A stretch of 64,000 nucleotides of DNA from Eledone cirrhosa (GCA_964016885.1 OZ024741.1:240622001-240686000), one strand, 5' to 3'. Shown: positions 12,507 through 25,001, numbered from the stretch's first letter. Numbers and translations are program-made. The notes: generated from the letters alone by a model not told the origin.

Positions 12507-13545
12507 CATCATCATCATCATCATCAGGTTTAGCGTCCGTGTTCCACGCTTGCATGGGTTTGGACGGGGGTTTTCCCACTTGAGGCAAGAGTGGTTGTCT
12601 TGCTCGCATAGGACTGTCTGGCGGGTTTTCTACAGTTGGATGCCCTTCCTAACACCAACCACATTTACAGTGTGGGGCTGGGAGGTTTTTACCGTGTTGC
12701 CTACACGGCCACATTACAGCGTGGACTGTCTGGCGGGTTTTCTACAGCTGGATGCCCTTCCTAACACCAACCACATTTACAGTGTGGGGCTGGGAGGTTT
12801 TTACCGTGTTGCCTACACGGCCACATTTACAGCGTGGACTGTGTGTTTTTTGTCGTGACACCTACACGATCTCATTTGTTTCGGCCTGGATGTTGTGGGA
12901 CCAACATAACTTTACATTGAAAGGGGCGGTGTGGGTGGGGTGGAGGTGGTGGGACGGGGGTGTGTTTTGATAGAGATGCCTACTGACTGTAGTAGGTTTT
13001 TACTTTGTATTTAGGTAAGGCGGGTCTTCTCTATTACTGAGTACCGCCAAAGGTCTCGGTCCAGTGACATTGTCTTGGAGAGGTGTAAGCGTGTGAGGTC
13101 GGAATTTATCAGCTCGTCCCATGTTTTTCTGGGTCTGCCTACTCCGTGGCTACCGTCTATCTTTATTGCCCTGCACTTTGTTATACAGCTGTCGTCTTTC
13201 ATGCGCATCACGTGACCGTACCAACGTAGCCTTCTCTCGAGTAAACAACATCTGATCCCTCTTATTTCTAATTTTTTCCTTAGTTCGTTTATGCTTTGCC
13301 GTTCACGTATATTACTATTGCACATCCAGCGGAGCATGCAAGCTTCGTTCCTCTCTCGTCTGCGTATATCCTCTGCACACAATGCCCAGGTCTCACTGCC
13401 ATGCAGCATTGCTGTTCGTATGCAGGCATCGTATAACCTGCCTTTCATTTTTAGGGAGAACCCTCTAGCGGCTAATAGTGGTATAAGCTCTCTGAACTTT
13501 TTCCATCCAGTTCTGACTCTAGCTACTGTACTTTCAGAGCACCCT
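12507..13545 (-). mobile_element. 5'-truncated RTE LINE (copy A)
   Basis: ORF end 13011-13545 ([26 protein letters not shown]), 3' UTR and (GAT)n tail. Confidence 0.95.
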
Positions 13546-13561
13546 GTATATGTATATATAT

Positions 13562-14037
13562 ATATCATCAACATCATCCTTTAACGTCTGTTTTCCCTGC
13601 GAGAAGGGGTTGGATGGGTCTACATAGATGAAGTCAGTAGTGAAGTGGGGCCACAGACCTCCCAGACTGGCCATAGGGTCTGTATCCTGATTATGTATGC
13701 TCATATATATATATATATATATATACAGCCCACACAGTAAAGTCATCATGTAGGTGTAACAGCAAAAAGCACCCAGCCCACATTTTAAAGTGGCCGAGTA
13801 TGTGTCATGACAAAAAGCATACAGCCACACTGTAAAGTGGTCGTGTAGATGTCATGACAAAAAGCATCCAGTATAAACTATGTGGTTGGTGTTAGGAAGG
13901 GTATCCAGCCGTACAAATCAACCCCAAATCAGTTCTGTATGAGCATGACGTGGTCATCTGACCTGGCTTGTCTCACAACGGGACAACTTGTCTAACCCAT
14001 GTGAGCATGGAAAAATGGATGTTAAATGGTGATGATA
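13562..14037. mobile_element. Diverged RTE 3' UTR fragments in opposite orientations
   Basis: TTTAACGTC...GGGTTGGATGG on minus; TAGGAAGGGTATCCAG...GCATGGAAAAATGGATGTTAAA on plus. Confidence 0.6.
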
Positions 14038-14043
14038 TATGTT

Positions 14044-14091
<48 letters not shown>

Positions 14092-14241
14092 TACATTATA
14101 TTAGAAAGAGTCACAGCCTGACGGCTGAGCTCTTGCTGTTTCAACAATGTATATAAATGATATTGTGTTATATTTGCTTGTATACAATACTTAAGCACAC
14201 ACACCCATATATATATATATAACCTTCATATCATGCCTCCC

Positions 14242-14312
14242 TATTTTATCTGACGAAAACGCAAATGTCATCGCATGATGATATTTGTTTTTGAAATGCA
14301 CATAATAAAATA
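14242..14312 (+). ncRNA. Type I hammerhead ribozyme motif
   Basis: TATTTTAT-CTGACGA-AAACGCAAATGTCATC(GCAT)GATGATATTTGTTTTT-GAA-ATGCACAT-A-ATAAAATA; perfect 8-bp helix I, long helix II. Confidence 0.75.
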
Positions 14313-14356
14313 CATGGAACTCTTTTAACCATCTTTTGATCTTATATATTATATAT

Positions 14357-16790
14357 CATCATCATCATCATCATCAACGTTTAACGTCCGTGTTCCACGC
14401 TTGCATGGGTTTGGACGGGGGTAGTCCCACTTGAGGCAAGAGTGATTGTCTTGCTCGCATAGGACTGTCTGGCAGGTTTTCTACAGTTGGATGCCCTTCC
14501 TAACACCAACCACATTTACAGTGTGGGTCTGGGAGGTTTTTACCGTGTTGCCTACACGGCCACATTACAGCGTGGACTGTGTGTTTTTTTGTCGTGACAC
14601 CTACACGATCTCATTTGTTTCGGCCTCGATGGCGCGGCACCAACATAACTTTACATAGAACGGGGTGGTGTGGATCGGGTGGGGGTGGTGGTGGTGGGAC
14701 GGGGTGTATTTTGTTAGAGATGCCTACTGGCTGGAGTAGGTTTTACTATATATTTAGGTAAGGCGGGTCTTCTCTGTTACTGAGTACCGCCAAAGGTCTC
14801 GGTCCAGTGACATTGTCTTGGAGAGGTGTAAGTGTGTGATGTCGGAGTTTATCAGCTCGTCCCAGGTTTTTCTAGGTCTGCCTATTCCGTGACTACCGTC
14901 TATCTTTATTGCCCTGCACTTTGTTATACAGCTATCGACTTTCATGCGCATCACGTGTCCATACCAACGTAGCCTTCTCTCGAGTAAACAACATCTGATC
15001 CCTCTTATCTCTAATTTTTTCCTTAGTTCGTTTATGCTTTGCCGTTCACGTATATTACTGTTACACATCCAGCGGAGCATGCAAGCTTCGTTCCTCTCTA
15101 GTCTGCGTATATCCTCTGCACACAATGCCCAGGTCTCACTGCCATGCAGCATTGCTGTTCGTATGCAGGCATCGTACAACCTGCCTTTCATTTTTAGTGA
15201 GAACCCTTTAGCAGCTAATAGTGGTATAAGCTCTCTGAACTTTTTCCAACCAGTTCTGACTCTAGCTACAGTACTTTCAGAGCACCCTCCCCCACTGCTG
15301 ATTTTATCGCCCAGGTAACGGAAGCTGTCCACTATTTCTATAGAACCCTCTGCGCAATTGAAAGAGCTAGTAGTTTGTGGGCACTTGCTGCTACTTATTG
15401 CACCAGAGCACCGGCCACATGTAAAATCTATGTTCTTAGTTAGCTTACCTGTGATCCCACTACATCTTTTATGCACCCATACTTTGCATTTAGGACATAA
15501 AATGGAGTTTCTACCTACGCCTTTCCTACACACCGAGCACGACCATTTCCCAGAAGGGACCGCCACCTTGTTTTCTTTCCTACAAACTAGTACTTTGGTC
15601 TTAGCCAGGTTAATTTTAAGTCCTTTTGACTCTAGGCCGTGCTTCCATGTTTGGAATTTCTTCTCTAGCTCGGCCATTGATTCCGCTATGAGTGTCAGGT
15701 CGTTTGCGTATAGGAGTTCCCATGGGCAGCCTGTCTTGAACTCCTCTGTTATAGCCTGAAGGGCAATAATAAATAGTAGTGGACTGAGAACAGAGCCCTG
15801 ATGGACGCCAACTTTTACGCTAAACTCTTCACTATATTCGTTGTTAATTCTAACCTTGCTGACTGTTTCTTTATACATGGCTTGTATAGCCCTCACAAGC
15901 CATTCGTCAACGCCTAGTTTTCTAAGAGCCCACCAGATAATGGAGCGGGGGACTCTGTCGAAGGCTTTCTCCAAGTCGACAAAAGCTAAGTAGAGGGGTT
16001 TACCTTTAGCTAGGTACTTCTCCTGTAGTTGTCGTACTATGAAAAGAGCGTCTGTGGTACTTTTGCCTGACACAAACCCGAACTGCATTTCATCTAGGTC
16101 AATTCTCTCTCTGATTAGTTGCGCTATTACTCTTTCCGTGACCTTCATGACCTGGTCGATTAATTTAATGCCTCTATAGTTACTCCTATCTAGGGCGTCT
16201 CCTTTACCCTTATAACAGTTAACGATGATGCTGCTATGCCAGTCCTTCGGAACAACCCCATTCTGTACGACTTGGTTAACTATGCGGGTGACCATGGTGT
16301 GTCCCACCGTGCCAGATGCCTTCAGCATCTCAGCAACTATTTCCGAAGGCCCAGCCGCCTTACCAGTCTTCATATCCTTGATTGCCTTACTTATTATACT
16401 CCCCTCGACTAACACTGCTGGTCCCTCTATTGGGTCGATATGGGGGAGACTGCCTTTCTCCCAATTATTCTCCTCATTTAGAAGCCTTTCATAGTGACAC
16501 TTCCAAGCTACCTTCTTATCAGCGTCGGTGATGGCAAGTGTGCCATCGTCGTTTAGTACACACTTCTCCCCGACAATATCACGGTTTTCCTTGACGCATT
16601 GCCTAGCAATCCTGAACACCTCACGTTTTTGGTCATCGCGTTGTAGAACATGCTTGAACTTTCTTTCCTCAGCTTCCCTTCTTGCTAAGTACACTTGTCT
16701 CCTAGCTTCCCTCCTGGCCACTTGATAGTCCTCTCTACTTCCCCCATCCCGCCATACTTTCCAAGCCTGCTTTTTGGCCTTAATTGACCC
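14357..16790 (-). mobile_element. 5'-truncated RTE LINE (copy B, longest)
   Basis: (GAT)n tail, 3' UTR, continuous RT ORF; 5' end abuts (TA)n; endonuclease absent. Confidence 0.97.
14754..16790 (-). pseudogene. RTE ORF: reverse transcriptase + PHD finger + C-terminal domain
   Basis: RT motifs NYRGIKL, QFGF, FVDLEKAFD, GVHQGSVLSP, YAND (for YADD), FRYLG; frame stays open upstream of 16721 ([12 protein letters not shown]). Confidence 0.95.
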
Positions 16791-16810
16791 TATATATATA
16801 TATATATATA

Positions 16811-17001
16811 GGAACGAGTAGGACCCCGACGGCTGAGCTCAAGCCGTTTCGACGGCTAATTCTGGACTGAATTAGCCGTCGAAACGGCTTGAGCTCAGCA
16901 GTCGGGGTCCTACTTGTTCCTATTACCCACTCTACTACCCTAAGCATTGAGTACTTTGGTGCGTTATGGTCCATCTGGTTCCTTACCACATTTCCTTCGT
17001 T
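16811..17001 (+). mobile_element. ~190-bp hairpin-headed element in (TA)n, copy 1
   Basis: ~52-bp inverted arms (16811-16920) plus tail ending TTCCTTCGT; near-identical to 23674 and 62108. Confidence 0.85.
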
Positions 17002-17050
17002 ATATATATATATATATACAGATACATGTATATATATACATACACATATG

Positions 17051-17092
<42 letters not shown>

Positions 17093-17473
17093 CATGTATA
17101 TATATATACATACACATATGGGTATATATACATATATATAAATATGTACGTGTTTGTGTGTGTGTGTGTGTGCATTTTTTTCTATGATGTTTTTGTTCAC
17201 CAATGCAGAGATTTCTGTACAGAGTCTGTACCAAGTTCTCAGCTGAATTCTAGCCAAAAATATAGTCTAAATATGACTGACAATTTATATGATGATCGAT
17301 TATGCTGTGTACACATTCACATCTACACACAGGCTCATACATAGTCACATTCATACACACACACACACACTTATAGGCAACAGGGTGTATATGCATGTAT
17401 CTCTGTATGTGCTTATATGAGCTTATGGTGAGTGTTGTGTATGTGTGTATGTGTGTGTATATATGTATGTATG

Positions 17474-17508
<35 letters not shown>

Positions 17509-17907
17509 GTATGTATATATATATGTGAATGTATGTATATATATATATACATACACATATATATATACACATATATATATATATGTATACATATTATATG
17601 TGTGTAGAGGACTACTTGTTTGTATGTATTTGCTATACTGTTCAACATTGGTTCAACATTGATATTTTCTTAAACTAAGGTTTGCTAACAAATCATGTGG
17701 CTGTGTGTATATGTGTGTGTATATACACATAGATATACCTATATATACATATATAAGTTTATATGTATGTATATATATTTATATGTGTATTTATACACAC
17801 ACACACAAACACATTTGAAAATATATGTATATAATGTTAGAGTTTGTAGGTTTTTGAATTGTTAACACATTACCAGTAATTCAACCTGAAACTTACATGC
17901 AAGGAGC

Positions 17908-18006
17908 TAACAAAATATACACATTTGTAACAAAATATACACATTTGTAACAAAATATACACATTTGTAACAAAATATACACATTTGTAACGGAATATAC
18001 ACATTT
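17908..18006. repeat. 20-bp tandem repeat, 5 copies
   Basis: TAACAAAATATACACATTTG repeated. Confidence 0.9.
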
Positions 18007-18087
18007 TACTTTATGTATTAACTACTGTTGTCTTCATTTATAAACACAAGCATTCAACGAATTCTCATATATTATTATTATTATTAT

Positions 18088-18770
18088 TAACTTTGCCTTT
18101 CATCCTTACAGGGTCGATAAAATAAAGTACCAGTAATGCACTGGGTAATTGCTGGCCTTGTGCCTAACGTAGAAACAATTATTATTATTATTAAGCCGAG
18201 GTTAACTTTGCCTTTCATCCTTACGGGGGTCGATAAAATAAAGTACCAGTAATGTACTGGGATAATTGCTGGCCTTGTGCCTAACGTAGAAACAATTATT
18301 TTATTATTAAGCCGAGGTTAACTTTGCCTTTCATTCTTACGGGGTCGATAAAATAAAGTACCAGTAATGTACTGGGATAATTGCTGGCCTTGTGCCTAAC
18401 GTAGAAACAATTATTATTATTATTAAGCCGAGGTTAATTTTGCCTTTCATCCTTACGGGGTCGATAAAATAAAGTACCAGTAATACACTGGGATAATTGC
18501 TGGCCTTGTGCCTAACGTAGAAACAATTATTATTATTATTATTAAGCCGAGGTTAACTTTGCCTTTCATCCTTACGGGGTCGATAAAATAAAGTGCGAGT
18601 AATGCACTGGGATAATTGCTGGCCTTGTGCCTAACGTAGAAACAATTATTTTATTATTAAGCCGAGGTTAACTTTGCCTTTCATCCTTACGGGGTCGATA
18701 AAATAAAGTACCAGTAATGTACTGGGATAATTGCTGGCCTTGTGCCAAAAGTAGAAACAATTATTATTAA
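18088..18770 (+). repeat. Tandem array of six headless SINE family A 3' halves (~117-bp unit)
   Basis: GCCGAGGTTAACTTTGCC...TAGAAACAATT(ATT)n repeated. Confidence 0.92.
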
Positions 18771-18784
18771 GTTCCCTTTACAGT

Positions 18785-18912
18785 TGTAAGCTCCCAGTTT
18801 TGATACCACTGCCTGGCATCTTGGGCAAGTAAGTGTCTTTACCAGAGGCTCAGGTCAACCCATGTCTTGTGGGTGAAATTGGGTAGAGAGAAACTTTGTA
18901 AATCCTGTGTAA
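18785..18912 (+). mobile_element. Degenerate SINE (family C)
   Basis: CCACTGCCTGGCATCTTGGGCAAGT...GTGAAATTGGGTAGAGAGAAAC, then a (CA/CCA) tail. Confidence 0.5.
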
Positions 18913-19124
18913 ATTATACACACACACCACACCACACCACACCACGCCACACCACACCACACCACCACCACACATACACACAGTGAAATGTTTAGTTACT
19001 GATTGTTCACCAATTTGAGCACTCAATGCTTATATGTGGGTCTGGCTACTGATCTGGGATTCTATGTTTGGTATTTCACCATAGTCAGTATCCTGAAGAA
19101 GCAGTGTTAATAATAATAATTATT

Positions 19125-19682
19125 ATTTCTACTTGAGGCACAAGGCCAGCAGTTTGAAGGGGAGGGGAAAGTCGATTAAATCAACATCAGTGCATTACTG
19201 GTACTTTATTTATCGACCCCATATGGATGAAAAGCAATGTTAACCTTGGCGGGAATTGAACTCAGAACATATAGGGCCCTAACTATATGCCACAAATCAT
19301 GTTGTCTGATGCTCTACCGATACTGCCAATCCACAGTTAATCATCATCATCATCATTTCATTTTACGTCCGCTTTTCCCTGCTTGCAAGGGTGGGACGGC
19401 AACTGATTCTGGCTTGATTTCTACAGCTGGATGCCCTTCCTAACACCAACCTCATTTACAGTGAGTGCTGGGTGCTTTTTTGCCATGGCACCTCCACGAC
19501 CACTTTGCAGTGGAATGATATGGACCCCATTCCTATCATCTCATTTCTACAGCTGAGTAAACTGGAGCAATGTGAAATAAAGTGTCTTGCTCAAGGAAAC
19601 AACACATCACCCGGTCTGAGAATTGAACTCACAACCTTTCGATTGCAAGGCCAATGCTCTAACCACTAAGCCATGTGCCTCC

Positions 19683-19736
<54 letters not shown>

Positions 19737-20735
19737 TGTTTCTACTTTAGGCACAAGGCCAGCAATCACCCAGTGCATTACTGGTACTTTATTTTATCGA
19801 CCCCCGTAAGGATGAAAGGCAAAGTCAACCTCGGCGGGATTTGAACTCAGATCGTAAAGGGACGCAACTATGCTTCAAAGCATGGCGTCCGACCCTCTAC
19901 CGATACTGCCAACCCACCGCCCTTTATAATAATAATAATAATAATAATAATGAGCAGGAAGGCAGTATCAATGTAACATCATAATCCACAAGCCTGGTCA
20001 GCTATCTATTTCAGAGTTGAGCCTGATCACTACCGATTGTACCTTGAGCTGATTGATCAGGAAATGTGCATCACCTGTGAATAACCATAAGGGCGGTGGA
20101 TTGGCAGTATCAGTAGTGTGTTGGGTACACTGATTGCAGCATAGAGTTACGCCCCTTTACGATCTGAGTTCAAAACCTGCCGAGGTTAGCTTTGCCTTTC
20201 ATCCTTACGGGGTCGATAAAATAAAGTACCAGTAATGCACTAGGGTCGATTTAATCAACTTTCCTCTCTCCCAAAATTGCTGGCCTTGTGCCTATAGTAG
20301 AAATCATTATTATTGTTGTAGGGCGGTGGATTGGCAGTATCGGTAGAGGGTCGGACGCCATGCTTTGACGCATAGAGTTACGGCCCTTTCCATTCTGAGT
20401 TCAAATCCCGCCAAGGTCAACTTTGCCTTTCATCCTTACGGGGTAGATAAAATAAAGTACCAGTAATACACTGGGATAATTGCTGGCCTTGTGCCAAAAG
20501 TAGAAACAATTATTATTGTTGTTGTTGCTATTAGATTGCTGTGGTGGATTGTTAGAGTATTGGACAACATGCTTTGCTGTATAGTTATGGCCCTTTGCGT
20601 TCTGAGTTCAAATCCTGCCAAGGTTAGCTTTGCCTTTCATCCTTACGGGGTCAATGAAATAATGCACTGGGGTTGATTTAATCAATTTTTCCCATCCCCC
20701 CAAATTGCTGTCCTTGTGCCTATATAAGGAACCAT
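19125..20735. mobile_element. SINE cluster: family A at ~19125(-), 19735(-), 20090(+), 20320(+), 20540(+); family B at 19540-19682(-); RTE 3' UTR at ~19340-19510
   Basis: Repeated GAGTTCAAATCC B box, CCTTTCATCCTTACGGGGTC core and (AAT)n tails. Confidence 0.85.
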
Positions 20736-20852
20736 TATATATATATATATGTTATGAGGACTCTTCTGTGTCAAAGACATGACAACTTTCCTAAAGCTAG
20801 TGCCAAGATAAAATGCATTTACTGTTAAACAGTGATGATGTTGATGATATGA

Positions 20853-20886
<34 letters not shown>

Positions 20887-20935
20887 CTATTTACATGTTT
20901 ATATAAATATACAAGACAAAGCTAAAGAAACTTAC

Positions 20936-20968
20936 TTGAAACATGTGGTGATTGTAGTCACTGGCCAT
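20936..20968 (-). CDS. Putative first coding exon segment, MASDYNHHMFQ
   Basis: AAACAAAATGGCC start context, 11 codons, then a consensus donor GTAAGT; candidate acceptor TTACATAG at 21021. Confidence 0.35.
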
Positions 20969-21179
20969 TTTGTTTTGTTTGTTTTCTAGCTTAACATCTT
21001 CAAACATTTAGAGAGTGTCTCTATGTAACATAAACATCTGTCACTATAAAATCTGATGTGTGGACACTTTTTGTAGCCGTTTTTGTCTTCACCCACCTCC
21101 ACCCCTTACAATGAAAGTCAAAACAGAGTTTTTTGGATTCATATAGAAGTGGCAGACATTTTCTTGTAACAATTGGAGT

Positions 21180-21745
21180 CATCATCATCATCAACATCAT
21201 CAGACATCTGTTTTTCCACACTTGCATGGATTGGATGGGTCTTTTCAACATAGCACCTCTCCACATGTCATAGTAGTACTTCATCAACATGACTATGAGC
21301 TTCAGTGATATGAGATGAGCTCTCACCATCTCCACCCAAGTCTTCCTTGGTTTTCCCCAGTCTTCCTCCACTGTGGCTCCCTTCCAATGGGATTTCTTGG
21401 CACTTCTTCACCTAACGATTATCATCCATATGTATCACATGACCATACCAATGCAGTATTCTCTTATGCACACTTTATCTGATTCCTCTTATATCCAGCT
21501 TTTCTCATAGTTCATCTATGCTTTGTTGTTCAAGCACATTAGTGTTACACATCCATGGGAGCATGCTCACTTCATTTTTCTCTAGTCATTGCATATCGTC
21601 TGCATTTATTGTCTATGTCTCACCACTATACAGCATCAAATTTCACACACAAGCATCATAGAGCCACCCTTTCTTTCATAGAGAGAAGCTTTTTGTCATC
21701 AACAATTTTGTCCATCCTGTTTTTTCTTTAGCTAGAATGCTCTCC
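21180..21745 (-). pseudogene. Old degenerate RTE 3' fragment
   Basis: GKPRKTWVEMV, WYGHVI and GIRGIR remnants; (GAT)n tail. Confidence 0.75.
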
Positions 21746-22231
21746 TCTTATGCAAAAAGATCAAATTAGTTGAGGAAAGAACTGCATTTGTGACAATGAA
21801 ATGCTGCTGTTGCTGTAGTTTCATCACTCAGAAGGTTTAGCAGAGGTGAAAGTAGTTGAAATTCTTTGGTCATCCATGCTCATGTGTCTTACATTGAAGT
21901 ACTGATGGCCCCTCAGAGGTGGGGACATGGTCTTATCATGCTGGTGTATCCTTAGAGCCCATGATAGGGGTGCAAAAGGTGGTTATACATGATCATATCA
22001 CCACTATCATATCCATCAGTTTACGTTTATTTTCCATACTAGCATGGGAGATCTTAAACAGTCTGTGTCCTAAAAATACGTTTCGTTTTGGCATGATGCC
22101 CTTCCTAGTGCCAAACCCTTAACTATGTATACCACATCTGCTTTCTCATCACCACTACCACCTGTCAAGGTGGACTGGGTGCTTTTTCTCCTGGCACATT
22201 ACAGACACACACACATACACACATATATATA

Positions 22232-22332
22232 CAGAGTCCCCCCAAAAAATGTATACACATTTCAACATCATTCTAATAATAAATACAGGTAATTCTAAAA
22301 AAATGTATACACACTTTGTGGGGACACTTTGT
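22232..22332. mobile_element. Possible tiny Tc1-type MITE
   Basis: TA|CAGAGTCCCCCCAAAAAATGTATACAC ... GTGGGGACACTTTG imperfect TIRs. Confidence 0.3.
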
Positions 22333-23365
22333 GTGTGTATATATATATATATATATATCATCATCATCATCATTTATATATATATATAGCTCACTTTAAT
22401 CTTAGTATTAAGTTGAACAGTGAAACATTAAGACTCAATACATGGAAATAAGAGCAGTTTACTTTTATTTAATTGACATTGTTTTAGAGAAATATTCTTG
22501 TTTTAAATATGTTAAGTTAGATTTGAAACAAACGTTCATCTGTAAAACACCTACGAAATATTATGTATACACGCACAGAACCACACACTTACACATACAC
22601 ACACACACACACACATGTGTGTGTTTGTATTTGTTATTATGTCGGAGTAAATCCATATGGGAACAGTCTACATCATTCAACATAAATTCACACATACACA
22701 CACTGACAGCTATACATATACAGACACACACACAAACTAGCATACGTGATACAGAGGTATAGACATTCAGAAACACACATGTTCACATATGTACACATAA
22801 ATACACATATGTTCATACACACACACACACATGTGCACCACTCATACATACCCGCACATGTACACACACACATGCATGTATACATCCATATGTGTACACA
22901 TACAAACAATAAAAATCAATAGACTTCAAAACCAGCCATCTTTCTGGCTGTATGGGGAAATAGAAAGAAACAATGTAAAACAAACTTTCACCCCCCCCAA
23001 CCCAATACTTCCTCTCCCTGAACCCCTCCCCATCTACTTCCTCTCCCCACATACACAAAAATGTCCGTCTTTCTTCAGTGAAAACTGATAAAAACTACTT
23101 CAATAAAGAATTACTAAAAGACAACTAGAAATCAAAGGAAACATATTGTAATGAAATCCTTTGAACTTTGGAAAGGATTTTCAATGGAAAGTACCTGTTT
23201 AATTAGTCACCTCTTAATTATTTCACCCACTTCACCTTCCCCCTTGCTACCCCTCTCTCTTTCTATATATATTTACCTGGTTGTTCATTATATTTCACCC
23301 ACTTAAACTCTTTATACATTTACCTTGTTACTCTCGACCTCTCCATCACCCTATCTACCTGACTT

Positions 23366-23479
23366 TATTATTTCACTCAATGTGCTTTTCCTATATATAT
23401 ATATATATATATATAGTAATAAGATCCCGTTAAGGGTGAAAGCAGCGATTCTTTGCTTAAACTTTAATCTGTTATTTTA

Positions 23480-23532
<53 letters not shown>

Positions 23533-23556
23533 AAAAGGCACATTGAGTGAAATAAT
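23366..23556. repeat. Inverted repeat around (TA)n blocks and a short insert
   Basis: TATTATTTCACTCAATGTGCTTTTCC versus GGAAAAGGCACATTGAGTGAAATAATA. Confidence 0.75.
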
Positions 23557-23673
23557 ATATATATGTATATATATATATGACTTTTCATTCTCACACTCGC
23601 TCTCTTTAAACTCAAACATATATATAGCCCTCTGTCTCTATGTGTATGTATGTATAAATATATATATATATAT

Positions 23674-23877
23674 AACGAAGGAAATGTGGTAAGGAACCAG
23701 GTGGACCATAACGCACCAAAGTACTCAATACTTGGGTAGTAGAGTGGGTAATAGGAACCAGTAAGACCCCGACGGCTGAGCTCAAGCCGTTTCGACGGCT
23801 AATTCTGGACTGAATTAGCCGTCCAGAATTAGCCGTCGAAACGGCTTGAGCTCAGCCGTCAGGGTCTTACTGGTTCC
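23674..23877 (-). mobile_element. Hairpin-headed element, copy 2
   Basis: Reverse orientation of 16811-17001, with an expanded loop. Confidence 0.85.
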
Positions 23878-23992
23878 TATATATATATATATATATATAT
23901 GACTTCTCATTCTCACATTCGCTCTCTTTAAACTCAACATATATATAGCCCTCTATTGATAAAAACCTTAGCCTCCTCTCTCTATGTGTATG

Positions 23993-24072
<80 letters not shown>

Positions 24073-24800
24073 GTACTACAGGTTACCTATGTATTTGTTA
24101 TGACCTTTCTATTGAATGGAATATGTGTGAATCAGTGTATCTGTGTGTGTCTGTGTCTGTCTGTCTGTCTGTCTGTCTATCTGTGTAGTTGTTTATACTA
24201 CATTTATTATCAAAGCTAAGTTAACGTGAGCAGTAAATTCGTTTTTTGAAGCTACACATAGTTCCACAAGCAATAGAGTTTATAACTATTCCATTTTCAT
24301 GTAACCTTAGTTTTTCTTTTTATTAAATAAAATACTGTTATGATTATATAACCATGTGTAGTTGATTATGATGGTGATGATGATATAGATAATAATGGTG
24401 ATGATGGCAGTAGTTATGATGATGATTTTGTTAGTTGATATTGTTATTATTGTTGATAGATTCTCTCATTGTTATTCTAGTTGACATTGCTGCAAGTATT
24501 ACCTCTCTGTTCATGTCATTCCTAGAGGCATTGATTCGCAATAGTTTTAGTGGAACCTCAATAGCATCAGTTGCACTTGTTCTGGAGGGCCTGCAAATGC
24601 CAAGGGCACTTCCCCTTTCTCCCTCTCTTTCTCCCAGTCTCTCCATTTGTCTCTTTCTGTCTCCACCTCAAATTACCCATTCTCCACTCCCTCACAACAT
24701 AACCTATCATCTTTTCAATTCTTAGATTCATCTCTTTCTCTCCCTCTCTCTCTCTCTGTACATAATATATATACATGCACACATGCATATATATGTGTGT

Positions 24801-24858
<58 letters not shown>

Positions 24859-24887
24859 CATCTTGCTCACAGCTTTTGGACTATGTA

Positions 24888-25001
<114 letters not shown>

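Larger units (their letters stand above)
11618..13546 (+). mobile_element. Internally deleted Tc1/mariner DD37D (maT) transposon; right TIR interrupted by an RTE
   Basis: TIR TA|CACGGTGCGGACGATATTTGTTCG versus CGAACAAATATCGTCCGCACCCT (12484-12506); terminal ...GCACCCTG|TA reappears at 13539-13548. Confidence 0.85.

Noticed and set aside
19015-19100. Minus-strand CTGACTA...GAATCCCAGATC with an ATTGAGTGCT tail
   Set aside because: Possibly a decayed member of the hammerhead modules, but the core and helix I are too degenerate to call
19600-19682. tRNA-like sequence (also 1160-1240)
   Set aside because: A and B boxes run into a SINE body and there is no good cloverleaf; SINE head rather than tRNA gene
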